DNA of 63,908 nucleotides, counting the filler, from Octopus bimaculoides (taxonomy: Eukaryota), in the NCBI RefSeq assembly GCF_001194135.2. It is 6 parts of 6 records of this genome, joined end to end, with 100 filler letters (N's around TTAATTAATTAA, not from the genome) between each part and the next. Parts side by side here need not be neighbours in the genome. Positions count along the whole stretch, not along the records: positions 21,048 to 43,986 come from NC_068984.1; 5 more parts are not named here. The stretch is one strand, 5' to 3'. The translations under genes were made by a program, and so were the position numbers. Under the pieces are notes generated by a model. That model worked only from the letters and a program-made list of their open reading frames with translations. It ran no database searches and was not told where the DNA came from. Shown here piece by piece: positions 23,458 to 37,897 of the stretch. Position 1 is the first letter of the stretch; each line of letters starts with the position of its first letter.

Positions 23458-24954
23458 TGTGTGTTTGTTTGTGTATGTGGAGTATGTGAGTGGAAGAGAG
23501 ATATCCAGAAAGCAAAGAGAGAGAGAGACAGAGAGAGAGAAAGAGGGAGAGACAGATAAGAGTGCTTGAATGTATTCTGTCGATTATGCCTGTATATTTG
23601 TTGGTGAGTATGGGATGTAAACTGCGAAAAATGGACAGACAATACGTTTTGAGAACGACAAAAGAGAAACGATACAAGATGAAGAATTCAAATGCAATTA
23701 AAGATAAAAATAAGAAGAGAAAAGCTAAGAAAAAATGGGGAGAGAAAGAGAAAGAAATAGAAGATATTTGTAGCGTAGAAATTACGTAGTAGGCTACAGA
23801 TGTTTACAAACATACATACATACATACATACATACATGTATACATACATACATACATATATATCTATATATATNNNNNNNNNNNNNNNNNNNNNNNNNNN
23901 NNNNNNNNNNNNNNNNNNNNNNNNNNNNNNNNNNNNNNNNNNNNNNNNNNNNNNNNNNNNNNNNNNNNNNNNNNNNNNNNNNNNNNNNNNNNNNNNNNNN
24001 NNNNNNNNNNNNNNNNNNNNNNNNNNNNNNNNNNNNNNNNNNNNNNNNNNNNNNNNNNNNNNNNNNNNNNNNNNNNNNNNNNNNNNNNNNNNNNNNNNNN
24101 NNNNNNNNNNNNNNNNNNNNNNNNNNNNNNNNNNNNNNNNNNNNNNNNNNNNNNNNNNNNNNNNNNNNNNNNNNNNNNNNNNNNNNNNNNNNNNNNNNNN
24201 NNNNNNNNNNNNNNNNNNNNNNNNNNNNNNNNNNNNNNNNNNNNNNNNNNNNNNNNNNNNNNNNNNNNNNNNNNNNNNNNNNNNNNNNNNNNNNNNNNCA
24301 CACACGCATATATATATATATATGCATACGTACGTACACACACACGCATATATATATATGCATATATACATATATGCATATACATGCGTACATATACACC
24401 AACACATGTATGTGCATGTCTGCGCATGTGCATATGTATGTGAATATATAAGGTAAGTATTATGTGCGTGCATGTGTTTGTGTTCGTGTGCACATGCTTG
24501 CAAGAATGTATGTGTATGTAAGTATAAAAACGTATGTATATATGTATGCATGTATGTATGTATGTATGAATACAATAACAGCGGTCGTGGTGGAGAACGG
24601 GAGCGACAGGGACAATGCTAAAAGAGAGAAATGTATGGAAGAAGAAGGCTTAAAAGAGCGCTTGTTTGAGAAAAGCAAATGAATGCAATGCAATTGTACA
24701 ATAAATACGAATTTGTGTATTATTTATCAGCTAAACAGTGAGGTAATCTTTTGTCGCCGCATGGTTATAAAGCGATGTCCTTTGTACAACAAATTCACGC
24801 TAGAGAATGAAACACGCAGAACGTTTCCAATCTGGCTATACAATATAAAAGACTATAATGCGAAGGAAGAATAAAATAAGAAATATATATATATATAACA
24901 ACGTAAATAAAATACCCCAAAAAGCAGAAAAATGAAACAAGAACAACACCAACG

Positions 24955-25044
24955 TTAATAATAATAATAATAATAATGATAATAATAATAATAATAATAG
25001 TAATGCCCTTGTTGACGATGACAATGAGGACGATGATGATGATG

Positions 25045-25092
<48 letters not shown>

Positions 25093-25143
25093 GTAATGCC
25101 CTTGTTGACGATGACGATGAGGATGATGATGATGATGATGATG

Positions 25144-25229
<86 letters not shown>

Positions 25230-25525
25230 AAGAATTATAATAACAACAGCAACAATAAAAATGATTATTATCATCATTCTTCTTTTTCTTCTTATTGTTG
25301 TCCTTGCTGTTGTTGTTTTTCATCATTATCAACGTCTTCTTCTTCTTCTTCTTCTTCTTCTTCTTCTTCTTCTTCTTCTTCTTCTTCTTCTTCTTCTTCT
25401 TCTTCTTTTTCTTCTTCTTCTTCTTTTTCTTCTTCTTCTTCTTCTTCTTCNNNNNNNNNNNNNNNNNNNNNNNNNNNNNNNNNNNNNNNNNNNNNNNNNN
25501 NNNNNNNNNNNNNNNNNNNNNNNNN

Positions 25526-25597
<72 letters not shown>

Positions 25598-25620
25598 CCT
25601 TATTATTGCCATCATCGTCA
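24955..25620. repeat. Compound trinucleotide array (AAT/GAT/AAG/CAT/CTT/TAT) with a 93-bp higher-order duplication
   Basis: agtaatgcccttgttgacgatgac occurs at 24999 and 25092, each followed by (GAT)n(AAT)n. Confidence 0.92.
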
Positions 25621-27099
25621 TTTTAATTTGGAGACAGGAAATCAAAAAAAAAAAAAGAAATGAAAATTAGTTTAATAAGAAATATGGGTTGGTGGTGTTA
25701 TAATTTAATTCCCTATCAATGGGGAGCAGCCAACGCGTCTATTTTTGAAGAAGCGTCTTTCTTATAATCAGTCATTGTCTGTGTTTCAATACTGCCATTG
25801 ATGATTACATCATACTAGAGGAAAGAAGTCAACTACGAGGACGAAGACGCGTTGAGGACAACTTTAACAATAACCAACATGACAATACTCACAAGAACAC
25901 ATGATTCTCTTTGTTAAGTGTTAGTGATTTATGTAAAGTTTTAATGGCTTTCTTTCTTGCTATTAATATCTATTATGTCTACTTCTATTTATGTATAGTT
26001 AAATGTATTCAAGCATTGATTTGTCTTGTGAGGGAAGGCTGGAAAGATATAGGCCGTGGAAGTTATCGCTAAAAGTATATCGCTAAAACTCAAATCGTCG
26101 CCCAACAAATTTGTTTATAAAGAAAGTTAGACACTGTGAAAACTGGAAGCGGTTTGGAGCTGACTATCGTGCAACGGATTCACACGTCCATAGAGATTCA
26201 TACATGCATACATGCATATTTACACTTATAAACCCATATCAATGAGCGAAATCATATGTACATGTGAAGTATTCACGTGAATGCCGTACACACAAATAGC
26301 AATGAATTTGTACATTAGTAAACTAAAGTGACGTTCTCGCGTACCTCAAGTGTAAGATCCCCGGTCCCCATATATACATAACAAACTAATCTACATCTCC
26401 ACAAACTCTAAACATTATCATACCTTAAACAGAAGTGTCCTGCCATTATAATCATGCCTGCCGGTAATTGAAACACTCGGTATTAACTTATTCCTGTATC
26501 AACAAGGCGAAATTTCTCTTCATCATGCGGTTGATATTGAATGCTTTCTGCTGATGACGTTCAAAGAAACAGAAATACATATTTAATAATTCCACCACCG
26601 TTACTAGACGCTTTTCGTCTGCTACTGATAAATTTCTGTGTTTTCTCAACATGATACGTCTATATGTGATACTTCCTCGATAGTAATATCACCGTGAAGT
26701 CCTCGACAATATATCGGTGTGAGGTAAAAAATACAGTATGATATTTTGACCTAATACTAATTCCGTCGCTCATAAGTAATTTTTTTCAGCCTGTCAGCTT
26801 ATAGCGACTCAAGTGATTTGTTAGTCAATGTCTTGTTTTTCTCTTAATATCAGTAGAAGTTAGATTTGTTCAGTTTATGGTTGAGGGTATATTCTTCCTA
26901 CTAATGACACGCTAAGAAGAAACACGTATTTATCTATTCCACCATCACTACTGGATACACTTCGCCTTATACCTATACACGTCTGTGCTTTTTTCAAGAT
27001 TCTTTATAAAGACAAATAGTGAAGGTCTCCAGCATTCAACAATATCTCCACTTTAGATAAGACATGCAGAATACAATGAGTTCTAATTGACGCTTTAGA

Positions 27100-27290
27100 C
27101 CAGCAATTTTTTCATGGGAGGCATTTGCTTGATTTTATTGACCCCAGTATTTCAGTGGTATTTCATTTCATCGATCAAGAAGATATGAAAGGTAAAGAAA
27201 CTCTGGAGAAGATTTGAACTCGGAACATAAAGAGCCAGGAGAAACGGTCCAAAAATGTTTGTTTTGTGTAGCGATTCTATCATTTCTCCA
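27100..27290 (-). mobile_element. SINE family B, diverged
   Basis: attgaccccagtatt...tttcatcgatcaagaagatatgaaagg...gatttgaactcggaac. Confidence 0.6.
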
Positions 27291-27361
27291 CGTTCCTACG
27301 CATTCTGAAAATCATATAATTATTTTCTTTATTCGATACAGATTTAGACACTTTCATGGCT

Positions 27362-27465
27362 GATAACATCGAGCAGACGATAACATCGAGCAGACGATAA
27401 CATGTTGCAGACGATAACATCGAGCAGACGATAACATGTTGCAGACGATAACATCGAGCAGACGA
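27362..27465. repeat. 17-bp minisatellite with two variants
   Basis: A=gataacatcgagcagac, B=gataacatgttgcagac, order A-A-B-A-B-A. Confidence 0.95.
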
Positions 27466-29291
27466 AGTCCTGGAAGAAATACAGCCTTTTCCGTCAACTA
27501 TCAGTCTAATAGTGAATGAGAGCAATGTGCACAATGAGTCAGGTGGAGATTATAGTCTTTAATGAAGCTGAAACAACACAAGTTTGTTTCGTGACTTTCA
27601 GGCAACGCCGATCTTCAGGCGAGAAATGAACAGAGTCTGCGTATGAAACATGGGAGGTGAAGCAAATTTGCAGTTTCAGTTAGTTAAAATAAGAACACTC
27701 TGTCACTGTCTTTATTCACGGTTTTTATTCAGTCAGTGAGAGCAGAGGAGAAGAACGGACGGGTTGCGCATTGGCGCCATCTGCAATGGCATTTAACAGA
27801 TTGTGCCGAAACTTATAGTGTGGTATTCCACAAAAGAATCGGATTGGAATTTGAACTTTAAATACGTATAAAAGAAGTAGGAATAATTTCGAAAAAGCGA
27901 GATAATTTGATTTAATAGAAATCAGACCGTTCGCTAGTTATGTAATGCTACACTATTTCTATTTCTTTTGAGAGACACACACTGCTTGTACAGGCGAGAA
28001 GAGTTGCTTTCGTAGGAAGAATTCCAATCTCCTGTGTGACTACTGCAACATAACTGTACAGCGTGTGATAGGAATCTATCATTGAGATGCCATTCCTGTT
28101 CGTCTGCTATTCTTTTATATTCCTAACATTGACAACGCCTTACAAACTCCAGGCATCGATACATTTCTTTTCCCTGCGAATTAAGTATTCTCTTTGTGCA
28201 TTTAACAGTATCAATGAAGTTTAAACTTTGTTATAAACAATTCGCTCGTTTGCAATCCTGAATTTATTAATTCGGTTATAAACAGTGTTATGTTCAAAGA
28301 TAATACGTCAGCTTCAGCGAAAGGAGTCTCTTGTGTATTCAGATATAGAAATTTTTAATAGTACACAAACATGAATGAGTCTTCTATGCGGGCATACATT
28401 ACTACAGATATCACAATAGAATTATTGTTTATATAAAGATGAAGAATTACGCACTCCCGTATTCATGTCCATATATCCATAAAAATATGCAAATACATAT
28501 ACATGCATTAGATACATACATACATACATACATATATACATACATAAACACACGCACGTACAACTAAGCATTCTGTTTGTAAGTTTCTGATTGTACGATC
28601 GCGTGTATATGTGCATGTGAAGTGTATCACTGTGTTTTTTTATATGTGCGTATGCACGTTTATGTATGTGTATTTGTTTGTGTGTCTGTGTGTCTGTCTG
28701 TCTGATTATGTAAACTTGAAACGTTTCCGCGTTTCTCGCATAAAACTGTGAAATTTTAAATAACACAAACACACATTCAGACGCACGCACGAACGCACTC
28801 GTATCTAAACGCGAGTACACTCCCATATCACCCTACAAATATATATTTATGCATCTCTGTGTGTATAAACGCACACACACAGACACACTCATACACAAGC
28901 ACACACTAACACACATATATGTATGTATGTATTCATTAGGTTTGCATATACATATTTATGTATATACATAGTATTTGCATGCATAAATGAGTGTATATGT
29001 GCGTGTGTGTATATATATTTATGTGTGTGTGTGTGTCTATCTTCAGTGACAGAAAGAGAAAGAGTGGAAAAGAGACAGAAAGTGCACGGAAAATCGATAA
29101 GAAGAAGAGGTACATTCGCAAAGTAAATTGTTGCTACAATTTATGAGAAGTGTCGGTGGAAAACGAGTAATAATGAGAAAGAAAAGTCAAATGCTCAATA
29201 TGTTAGCCAAATAGTATAATCCAGATGGGGAGCTGTGTAAACGAAGGTACGAGTAACTCTAAAAATTGAGGTAATCGTACATATGTACATA

Positions 29292-29508
29292 CGACGGGGT
29301 GCTGAAAAATGTTTCTGGCTTTAAGGGTTTTACGAAAGGTCTGGCTTGAAGCCCAAACTTCGGTGTTCTTTGACAGGGCTTCGAAACTGACGGACCGCTG
29401 CAATGAGAGTGTGAATATAAGAGGGAATTATGTTGAATAAAATCATAATGAACTGATCCTCCTGTATTTTCTTTCACCCAACTCCAGAAAATGTTCAGCA
29501 CTCCCTTA
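29292..29508 (+). mobile_element. Mariner-derived MITE, copy 2
   Basis: TA|cgacggggtgctgaaaaatgtttctggcttt ... ccagaaaatgttcagcactccctta|TA. Keeps DRCNESVNIRGNYVE*. Homologous to 15423-15613. Confidence 0.82.
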
Positions 29509-29616
29509 TATGACAGGACTATCTGCTGACAACTTTCTTCCGTCAAATGAGGGCAAAATACCAAATCTTTTCAGCTGTTTTCACGGCTCTACTGTGTTCG
29601 ACATATTATGGTATAT

Positions 29617-29752
29617 AGCTTGCTTAACAAGCACATGGTTACGGGTTCAGTCCCACTGCGTGGCACCTTGGGCGAGTGTCTTATACTGTAGCCTGGAGCC
29701 GACCAAAGCTTTGTGAGTGGATTTGGTAGACGGAAACTGAAAGAAGCCTGTC

Positions 29753-29755
<3 letters not shown>
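29617..29755 (+). mobile_element. SINE family A 5' half
   Basis: cacatggttacgggttcagtcccactgcgtggcaccttgggc...gaaactgaaagaagcctgtcg, then (TA)n, a gap and (TG)n. Confidence 0.9.
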
Positions 29756-29790
<35 letters not shown>

Positions 29791-30029
29791 NNNNNNNNNN
29801 NNNNNNNNNNNNNNNNNNNNNNNNNNNNNNNNNNNNNNNNNNNNNNNNNNNNNNNNNNNNNNNNNNNNNNNNNNNNNNNNNNNNNNNNNNNNNNNNNNNN
29901 NNNNNNNNNNNNNNNNNNNNNNNNNNNNNNNNNNNNNNNNNNNNNNNNNNNNNNNNNNNNNNNNNNNNNNNNNNNNNNNNNNNNNNNNNNNNNNNNNNNN
30001 NNNNNNNNNNNNNNNNNNNNNNNNNNNNN

Positions 30030-30061
<32 letters not shown>

Positions 30062-30399
30062 ATGTGTGTGTGTATGTGTGTGTGTGTGTGTGTATGTGTG
30101 TGTAAAGGTAAGATCCAAGGATCTATGTGTAGGAAGTTAGTAAGCTTTGAGCAGTACGCAGAGGGTATAAAAAAATAACTTTCAGAAACAATAGTGGTTT
30201 CTTGACATAGAAGATTGGTAAATGTTTCTCATATCAAAGATCTATAACCTGAAAAAAGTTATATTATAGCTCACGGTTAACAGCTGCGGTTGCTGTGTAT
30301 GAGAATAAATGTCCAAATTTAAGGAATTGTGTAGATAATATCCAGGCTACATATGTTTCATAGTTAGCAAAACCTCGGAAGTATTAATTACTCAAACGA

Positions 30400-31560
30400 T
30401 TAAATCTCCAGCGAGTTAGTATGGAATCTCTTGGCGACAATCTAACCTTCATTTGACTACGATATCTTTCGCCTGACGAATAGCTAACAGATGAACCGTT
30501 GTTTGAGTAAATACTACTTCCGAAGCTCTGCTAGCTATAAAACATATTCGATCAAAACACTTGCATCAAACATTTCTTAAAATTCTTCTTCTGCACTATC
30601 GGGACCTTCGAAGTGCTTTGTCAGAATTGTAGCGGAAGTTCTGTAGTTTGGCGGTTTGATTCTGAGTGGCACACACGTTTCGAGGTTAATGACGAGAGAG
30701 GTGTTTTTTTTATAGCTGTAAGAGTTCAAGTTATCCAAACGCTAGTAAACGTTGAAAGAACAGTTCATCACATTATCTGTGATGAACATTACCAAAGGAC
30801 CCATGTTGTCTGAAATGTGCATGAAGTGAAATATTCAAAGGCAACTTAAACAGGGTTTTATAGGGAGAGGATTTATTAACATTTGTGATTGTGTACATGG
30901 ATCACAATGATGAGTAATTTAGTACATTGCAAAGAATAAGAACCAATTAAACATGGTGGAATAAAATTGCCATTTACTTGAGCCGAAATGGAAGATAAAA
31001 TAAGAGAAATGTGGTATGATTCATGTAAGAAAGGAAGCTCTAGGATAAATTCAATTACATAAATAGTTCCACAGACATTAAGAACTTAAAACATTGTGAT
31101 TTAACGTGGGATGAAGATTTAATGCGAGAATCAAAGCTTTTTGATAGTGGTTTAAGATTTTGATTTAATCAATTGTTCAGTGATCAAATGATCACAGGTG
31201 TAATTTATAGACTAATTTGGTGTCGACATGTTTAAATCCAGTGTTCGAGTTTTGAGTTTTCATAATTATTTCAGGCATGTGGACGATGTCTGCCAGTGGG
31301 TTTGTCTCGTGAATTCTTTTTATCTTCTCATCGATGACGAACATGACTTCAGCTTTACAGTAACAGTTTTTTTCTCAATGGTGTTGTAGATGGCATTTGT
31401 GATCTTAGTAGGATCTCTTAGAAAATTCGTTAAAAATCAGTGTAACCAAATACTTCGGGTTTTCTATGGAAAGTGTGATATCGTCAGAGTTACTTGTTGC
31501 AGTTTCTACCTTTTCATGTCCTTCCACGATTCTATACAGAGCTCTAATTATGACTCTTGA
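30400..31560 (-). mobile_element. Highly degenerate non-LTR retrotransposon-like coding relic
   Basis: Minus-strand fragments GPLVMFITD...RLDNLNSY...SLVINLETC (RT-like) and ALILALNLHP (APE-like). Many stops; family uncertain. Confidence 0.3.
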
Positions 31561-31885
31561 AGAGTATTACAACGGGAAATTTCTTTATTTTCTTCTGAAT
31601 TTGATCAATGGGGTGTGGTATCCAAGTATCCATAATAATGAGTCTCAGTAATTAGATTCTTTGCAAAATAAGATAGATAGTCGGGTAAATAGATAGGTGA
31701 TCGTGCACTGTTTACATATGTACGTAAGTAAATGTATATTTCTGTATATATGTACGTAAATATACAAACATACGTACACACATATATATGTGTGTGCTCG
31801 TGTGTGCCTGTGTGCACGTATGTATATGTATGTATATATATATATATATAAGTATGTATAAGTATATGTGTTTATATGTATATGT

Positions 31886-31920
<35 letters not shown>

Positions 31921-32408
31921 NNNNNNNNNNNNNNNNNNNNNNNNNNNNNNNNNNNNNNNNNNNNNNNNNNNNNNNNNNNNNNNNNNNNNNNNNNNNNNNN
32001 NNNNNNNNNNNNNNNNNNNNNNNNNNNNNNNNNNNNNNNNNNNNNNNNNNNNNNNNNNNNNNNNNNNNNNNNNNNNNNNNNNNNNNNNNNNNNNNNNNNN
32101 NNNNNNNNNNNNNNNNNNTATTCTATATATATATATTTTTTTATTCTACTGTATTTGTACCAGTCTCTAATATTTTAAATCAATTTTTAATCGCTATTTA
32201 CTTATTTATTTATTTATTTATATTATTCTATTGTATTTTTAATCGATTTTTATTCTTATGTTTAAAACTTTTGACCCCCCTTTACTAATTTGGTTTTTGT
32301 GGTCTATGTTGTACTTCTTATATGTGGTCATTGGTGGGCTACGGCTTTTCGAGTCAATGACCTAACGGTTTTATTCTGCAATTAACTTTATTTATATATA
32401 TATATATC

Positions 32409-32520
<112 letters not shown>

Positions 32521-32690
32521 TAAGGAAAATAAGAAAAGCAAGGCAGAACGAGAATTTGCAGTCAATTTTCCCTGTCTAAAATATTCATACCTCGTCTCTG
32601 ATGACGAATTTCCCAGTGTGGACATGCTAACCTACCTCTTGGGTTATCCCAGAAACGGCTTTAAGATTTCAAATTCACCTTATCCTGATT

Positions 32691-33038
32691 TGTCCTCCGA
32701 ATTCCCCAGATCTCAATCCATTGGACTATTACATGTGCAGAGTTGTTCAGAGAGAGGACAATGAACACTCCCATAACATCAAAGATTCTTTGAAAGCTGC
32801 CATATTCAGAGTAATGTCCAAAACGAACCAGTACCACTTGACTCGAGCAGGTAGATGATTTAGTCATCACATAGAAGCAATTGCTGAGGCTGAAGGTGGA
32901 TTTATTGAATAACTTTAGAGAAACGAAGGTTTATTTTTATCCTCATAGCATATTTTGATAAGTAAAATTATTATCTGTTATATGTCTGTTTTTTTTTTTA
33001 TCAACATATATCTGTCCTCAAATATCTTACGTACCCTG
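32691..33038 (+). mobile_element. DD37D (maT)-type Tc1/mariner transposase C-terminus and right terminus
   Basis: CPPNSPDLNPLDYYMCRVVQREDNEHSHNIKDSLKAAI...IEAIAEAEGGFIE* (32691-32912, one internal stop). Terminus ...tacgtaccctg|TA at 33038. Confidence 0.8.
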
Positions 33039-34385
33039 TATATATGCATTGTGCGTGTGTCAATTATCAGTACGTACACAGGTGTATCTTATGTATTTAA
33101 TATGCTTTCATTCATTTTCTTTTCAAAGCCATGTGATACAATGTTTCTAAATGGCAAATGAATAGTTTATGTAGATTTTTTTGACGAAGAGGCATGGACA
33201 GCCATAATGACGCCATATTTTCATTTATGCATAGACGTACGAACACTATGCCGATCATGACACTCCACTTAGAGTATACAAACAGACAGACGCACACACA
33301 CGTATATACGCACATATATGCATATATATGTATGTGCGTGTGCGTGTGAATATATATGTGTGTGTATAAATATATATGTTTATATATATATTTATATATA
33401 TATATATATATATANNNNNNNNNNNNNNNNNNNNNNNNNNNNNNNNNNNNNNNNNNNNNNNNNNNNNNNNNNNNNNNNNNNNNNNNNNNNNNNNNNNNNN
33501 NNNNNNNNNNNNNNNNNNNNNNNNNNNNNNNNNNNNNNNNNNNNNNNNNNNNNNNNNNNNNNNNNNNNNNNNNNNNNNNNNNNNNNNNNNNNNNNNNNNN
33601 NNNNNNNNNNNNNNNNNNNNNNNNNNNNNNNNNNNNNNNNNNNNNNNNNNNNNNNNNNNNNNNNNNNNNNNNNNNNNNNNNNNNNNNNNNNNNNNNNNNN
33701 NNNNNNNNNNNNNNNNNNNNNNNNNNNNNNNNNNNNNNNNNNNNNNNNNNNNNNNNNNNNNNNNNNNNNNNNNNNNNNNNNNNNNNNNNNNNNNNNNNNN
33801 NNNNNNNNNNNNNNNNNNNNNNNNNNNNNNNNNNNNNNNNNNNNNNNNNNNNNNNNNNNNNNNNNNNNNNNNNNNNNNNNNNNNNNNNNNNNNNNNNAGA
33901 GAGAGAGAGAGAGAAAGAGAGAGTTGTACGTATCTGAAAGAGCGAGCCAATTTTCAGACCATTCTGAATGATCGCACATATGCGCAAAATATCATCTTTC
34001 ACACTCGCTCTTATACATATAACCAAACACTCATGAATACAAATGTGAAATGCATTCGTACATGTATACAAAATTATATGTGCGTTTGGATTTGTACACA
34101 GACACACACACACACACACACACTTTACATATCCTTCTTTTCTTTTTTCCGCATGTTCTTTCTCTCTCCCTTTCTGTTCCACACCTTTCTCTACCTCTCT
34201 GTAGCCATTGTTCAGGACTGACTTACTGGTGTAACCATCAACAGGGGTTGGACAATATAATGGAAACACTTAGCATCGTAGCATCTTAATTTTGAAATAT
34301 CTATAAAACCGACAAAACATTGTTTTTTTTGTTTTTGTTTTTTTGATTAATTATTAGTGTTGCTTAATATATTTTGCTAAAATTG

Positions 34386-34660
34386 CTGGAATTAGAAAAC
34401 CACTACTTTCAAAAACAAATGCTGCAAAGCGTTTAGAGTGGAGTAAAATCCTACAGAATTGGTCTCTAGAGCAGTGAGAAAATGTTATTTTCTCGGAAGT
34501 GTCATCCTTTACCTTATTGCCGACCACCGGCCGAGTATACGCGTGGAGACAGCTAAAAGAAGCATTTGATCCAGACTGCCTTATTCTAACTGTTAATCAT
34601 GGAGAAATATCTGTGATGAGCTGGAGGGCTCTATCTTGGAAGTCCGCCGGCCCAATTGCT
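34386..34660 (+). mobile_element. Tc1 (DD34E-type) transposase fragment
   Basis: AGIRKPLLSKTNAAKRLEWSK..NWSLEQ*ENVIFSEVSSFTLLPTTGRVYAWRQLKEAFDPDCLILTVNHGEISVMSWRALSWKSAGP. The first catalytic D (FSDES) is decayed. Confidence 0.85.
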
Positions 34661-36383
34661 TGCCAATGTAGACTTCGTAAAATTTCGAAAATACAAGAAT
34701 ACAAAGATCACCAGAGTATTTCACTTCTGGTAGTGCCGTACCATTCATATCTGTTAAAAATCAATAACATGAAATCTATGGAACACGTTTACTACAGAGG
34801 CATTTTGTGATGGATATACAGGAATAACATAGCTCAGGAACAAAACTAAAAGAGAATTCCTTCCTCACATAATTTTTGAACGGCCTGATGTCTGAAACAT
34901 CGTGTTCTATTTTTCCTAAATGGGTTTTCAATCGACTTGTTTTGCAAGAGATATTAAATGGTTTAGATCTTTTATTCATCTCTTCGCATAATTGTTTGGG
35001 GGGTTTTACTCCCTTTTCACTACTATCTATTCGGCCATAAAACTTCATTTGTCATGACTATCCTATTAAGGTCTAAATGTACACTGGAAATTACACATCG
35101 TCGAAATATATTTTCTATGTCACAAGCTGTTGCCATTTTACTAGTGTTTCTGTATTCGATGTTGTTGCTTGGCACCATATTAGATTCATTTAAATCACTT
35201 ATGTTCAAAGGGGGTCAATCCCAAACCACACTGTCATTTCGAAAGCACATTGAACTCACCTATATATATTAGTCCCATACGCATTGCTATCTTCAGACGA
35301 AGCAATGATTTGAAGGCGTGTGTGCTTTTGTTTTGTTTTTTGTTTTTTTTTGTTTTCGCATCGTATTCGCATGTCATATTTAAATATGCCCAGATGAAAG
35401 GAAAATTGTTCCTTTTGGTTGAAATAGCTTTATTTTATTCGTGAAAGCTAGAACAGCATCAAGACAGTAACATCCCAAAATTATATAAAGAAAATTTTTT
35501 ACAAAAATACAATGTTGTATATGTTAGCTTGATTCTTTTAATTCTACCTCAGAGAAATAAAAGACGAAATCTTTGGAATTTGAAACCAGAACCTAAATTT
35601 TCATGCATTTTTTTTTCCTTAGGAAGAAAGATTACTTGAATTATTTCTTTGTCAGGTTGTGTCTCCACACAGCAAAATGGTCACGAAACATGAAGAGGCA
35701 ACCACGTTTAAAAGATTTATTATAGATAATGGGTAAAATATATGTAATACAATTTCACACAATATTATTTTGTTAATTTATTTAAGGTGCAAAGACAATA
35801 GATCTACAACATGTTTCAAAGAATTAATCTTTGTTTACATAAGGATTTGTTCAGCAGAATCAAGAGATATGGAGAAGATACGTGTAGAAGAAAAGAAACA
35901 AATGCTGTAGTTATAACATGAGAGTTATTACATGTGCATAAATTAAAGGAAATTATAGCCATCAGGAAAATTTTCAACAGAACCGGCTTTGTCTCTATGA
36001 AAATCCACGACACGAAGACGCATTTTCGTTCACAGAGCAATGTTCGGAAAATATTTTTCAAGCTAAGAATATGGCAATTTATGAAGAAATATCAAAGATA
36101 TAAATTATTTATTGTAGGAAAGAATTATAATAAAACTTCGTTCGCATTTTCCCTCTCTCTCTCTCAATATATATNNNNNNNNNNNNNNNNNNNNNNNNNN
36201 NNNNNNNNNNNNNNNNNNNNNNNNNNNNNNNNNNNNNNNNNNNNNNNNNNNNNNNNNNNNNNNNNNNNNNNNNNNNNNNNNNNNNNNNNNNNNNNNNNNN
36301 NNNNNNNNNNNNNNNNNNNNNNNNNNNNNNNNNNNNNNNNNNNNNNNNNNNNNNNNNNNNNNNNNNNNNNNNNNNNNNNNNNN

Positions 36384-36448
<65 letters not shown>

Positions 36449-37835
36449 GTATGTATGTATGTATGTATATATATATAGCTGTTATACCTGGTTTCAACAG
36501 TCATTATAGGTACGTTACTATTATGTTTGTTTACTCAATTGGTTTATTGATCATTTCAGAAAAATAGAAGACCTAAAAAAGAATAATGCTACTTTCGTCA
36601 GAGACATTTCTTGTTCTAACAAAGCAGAAGCATGTGCACGAAGAAGGGGGAAAAGAGGAAAGAAGCAAGTAGAATAAAGAAAAGAGGAAGACAAAGTTAC
36701 AATAAGGTGAAGAGTAGGAAGGAAAGAATAGAAAGAATAGAGGAAGGGGTCACCTAATAGAAGGAGGGGGATAGAAAGGCCGAAATTTGGGAAAAGGACT
36801 GCCATAAAATATTAGTGTTTAGAATCAGGTCAACCCACATGAACATATTTGCACTGTTTTTACTTTACATATTCTCCAAATGGTGTATTGAAATTTGATA
36901 TGGACCATTTACACACATGGTCAACTTATGTCTTCAATATTTGGTTATTAGGTGAATAGTATTAGAAAATAAATGAAATATCGTTGGTAATCATATTGTG
37001 ATGTAGAGACTGAGAAAGCTCTGATTGGTTGGTTAGGATATACAAGTAAAATACTGATAGATTGAGAGTTGTGAGGTTGAAATGAGATTGAGTCAAGTTG
37101 AGTTGTTTAAAGTCAAATAACATTGAAGGTTGGATATAATTACAAATTAAACTCGTTAAAGGAGTTTTAAAATTTAAGCCATTTAATATATTATGGATTA
37201 GAATTTGAACAAAAGTCAAAATTTATAAATTTAGCATTAAAGCATACTAAAAATCAGTAGCGCCCATATGTTGATTACAGGAAACAGCTGTAAGCCAAAT
37301 TTAGCCTAATAAAGGAAAAGAATGTAATGATTATTGTTTATACCTTGTCTTATATACCACTCTGTGTAAAAACCAGTTTGACTGGGGCCATTTAGAACTG
37401 CGATGAAGAAGAACCTCGGACCTTGTCATAAAGAGACTTCAGGTTCTTTACTATAACCTAAACAATGTTGTTAGCCGGGTGTGCCAACAGAGAGGTTATG
37501 AAGTATTTTCCACAGATTGATAGTCCTCTACCATTAGCTCTGTTATATATATGTATTTGATTCATGCGATGAAACCATCTCACATAGTAATTTTAACGCA
37601 TCTGCTAACTTAACGCAATCTTCAGGCAATCCACATATGACAAAATAAGATATGATTAGAGAAAAAAACAAACGAGAAAATGCGTGAAAGAAGCAGATAT
37701 AAAAGGAAAAAGGTTGGAAAACGGGAACACGAAAAATATAACAGAAATAAGGAGAGGTGTGTGTATGTATGTGGAGTCGCATGAAACGATCGTACTGCAT
37801 TAAGTCTGAATATCCTTGTTGTTTACTTTGATTTA

Positions 37836-37897
<62 letters not shown>

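Noticed and set aside
27362-27465. CRISPR-like array
   Set aside because: Units are contiguous with no unique spacers, no cas genes, and the context is eukaryotic.
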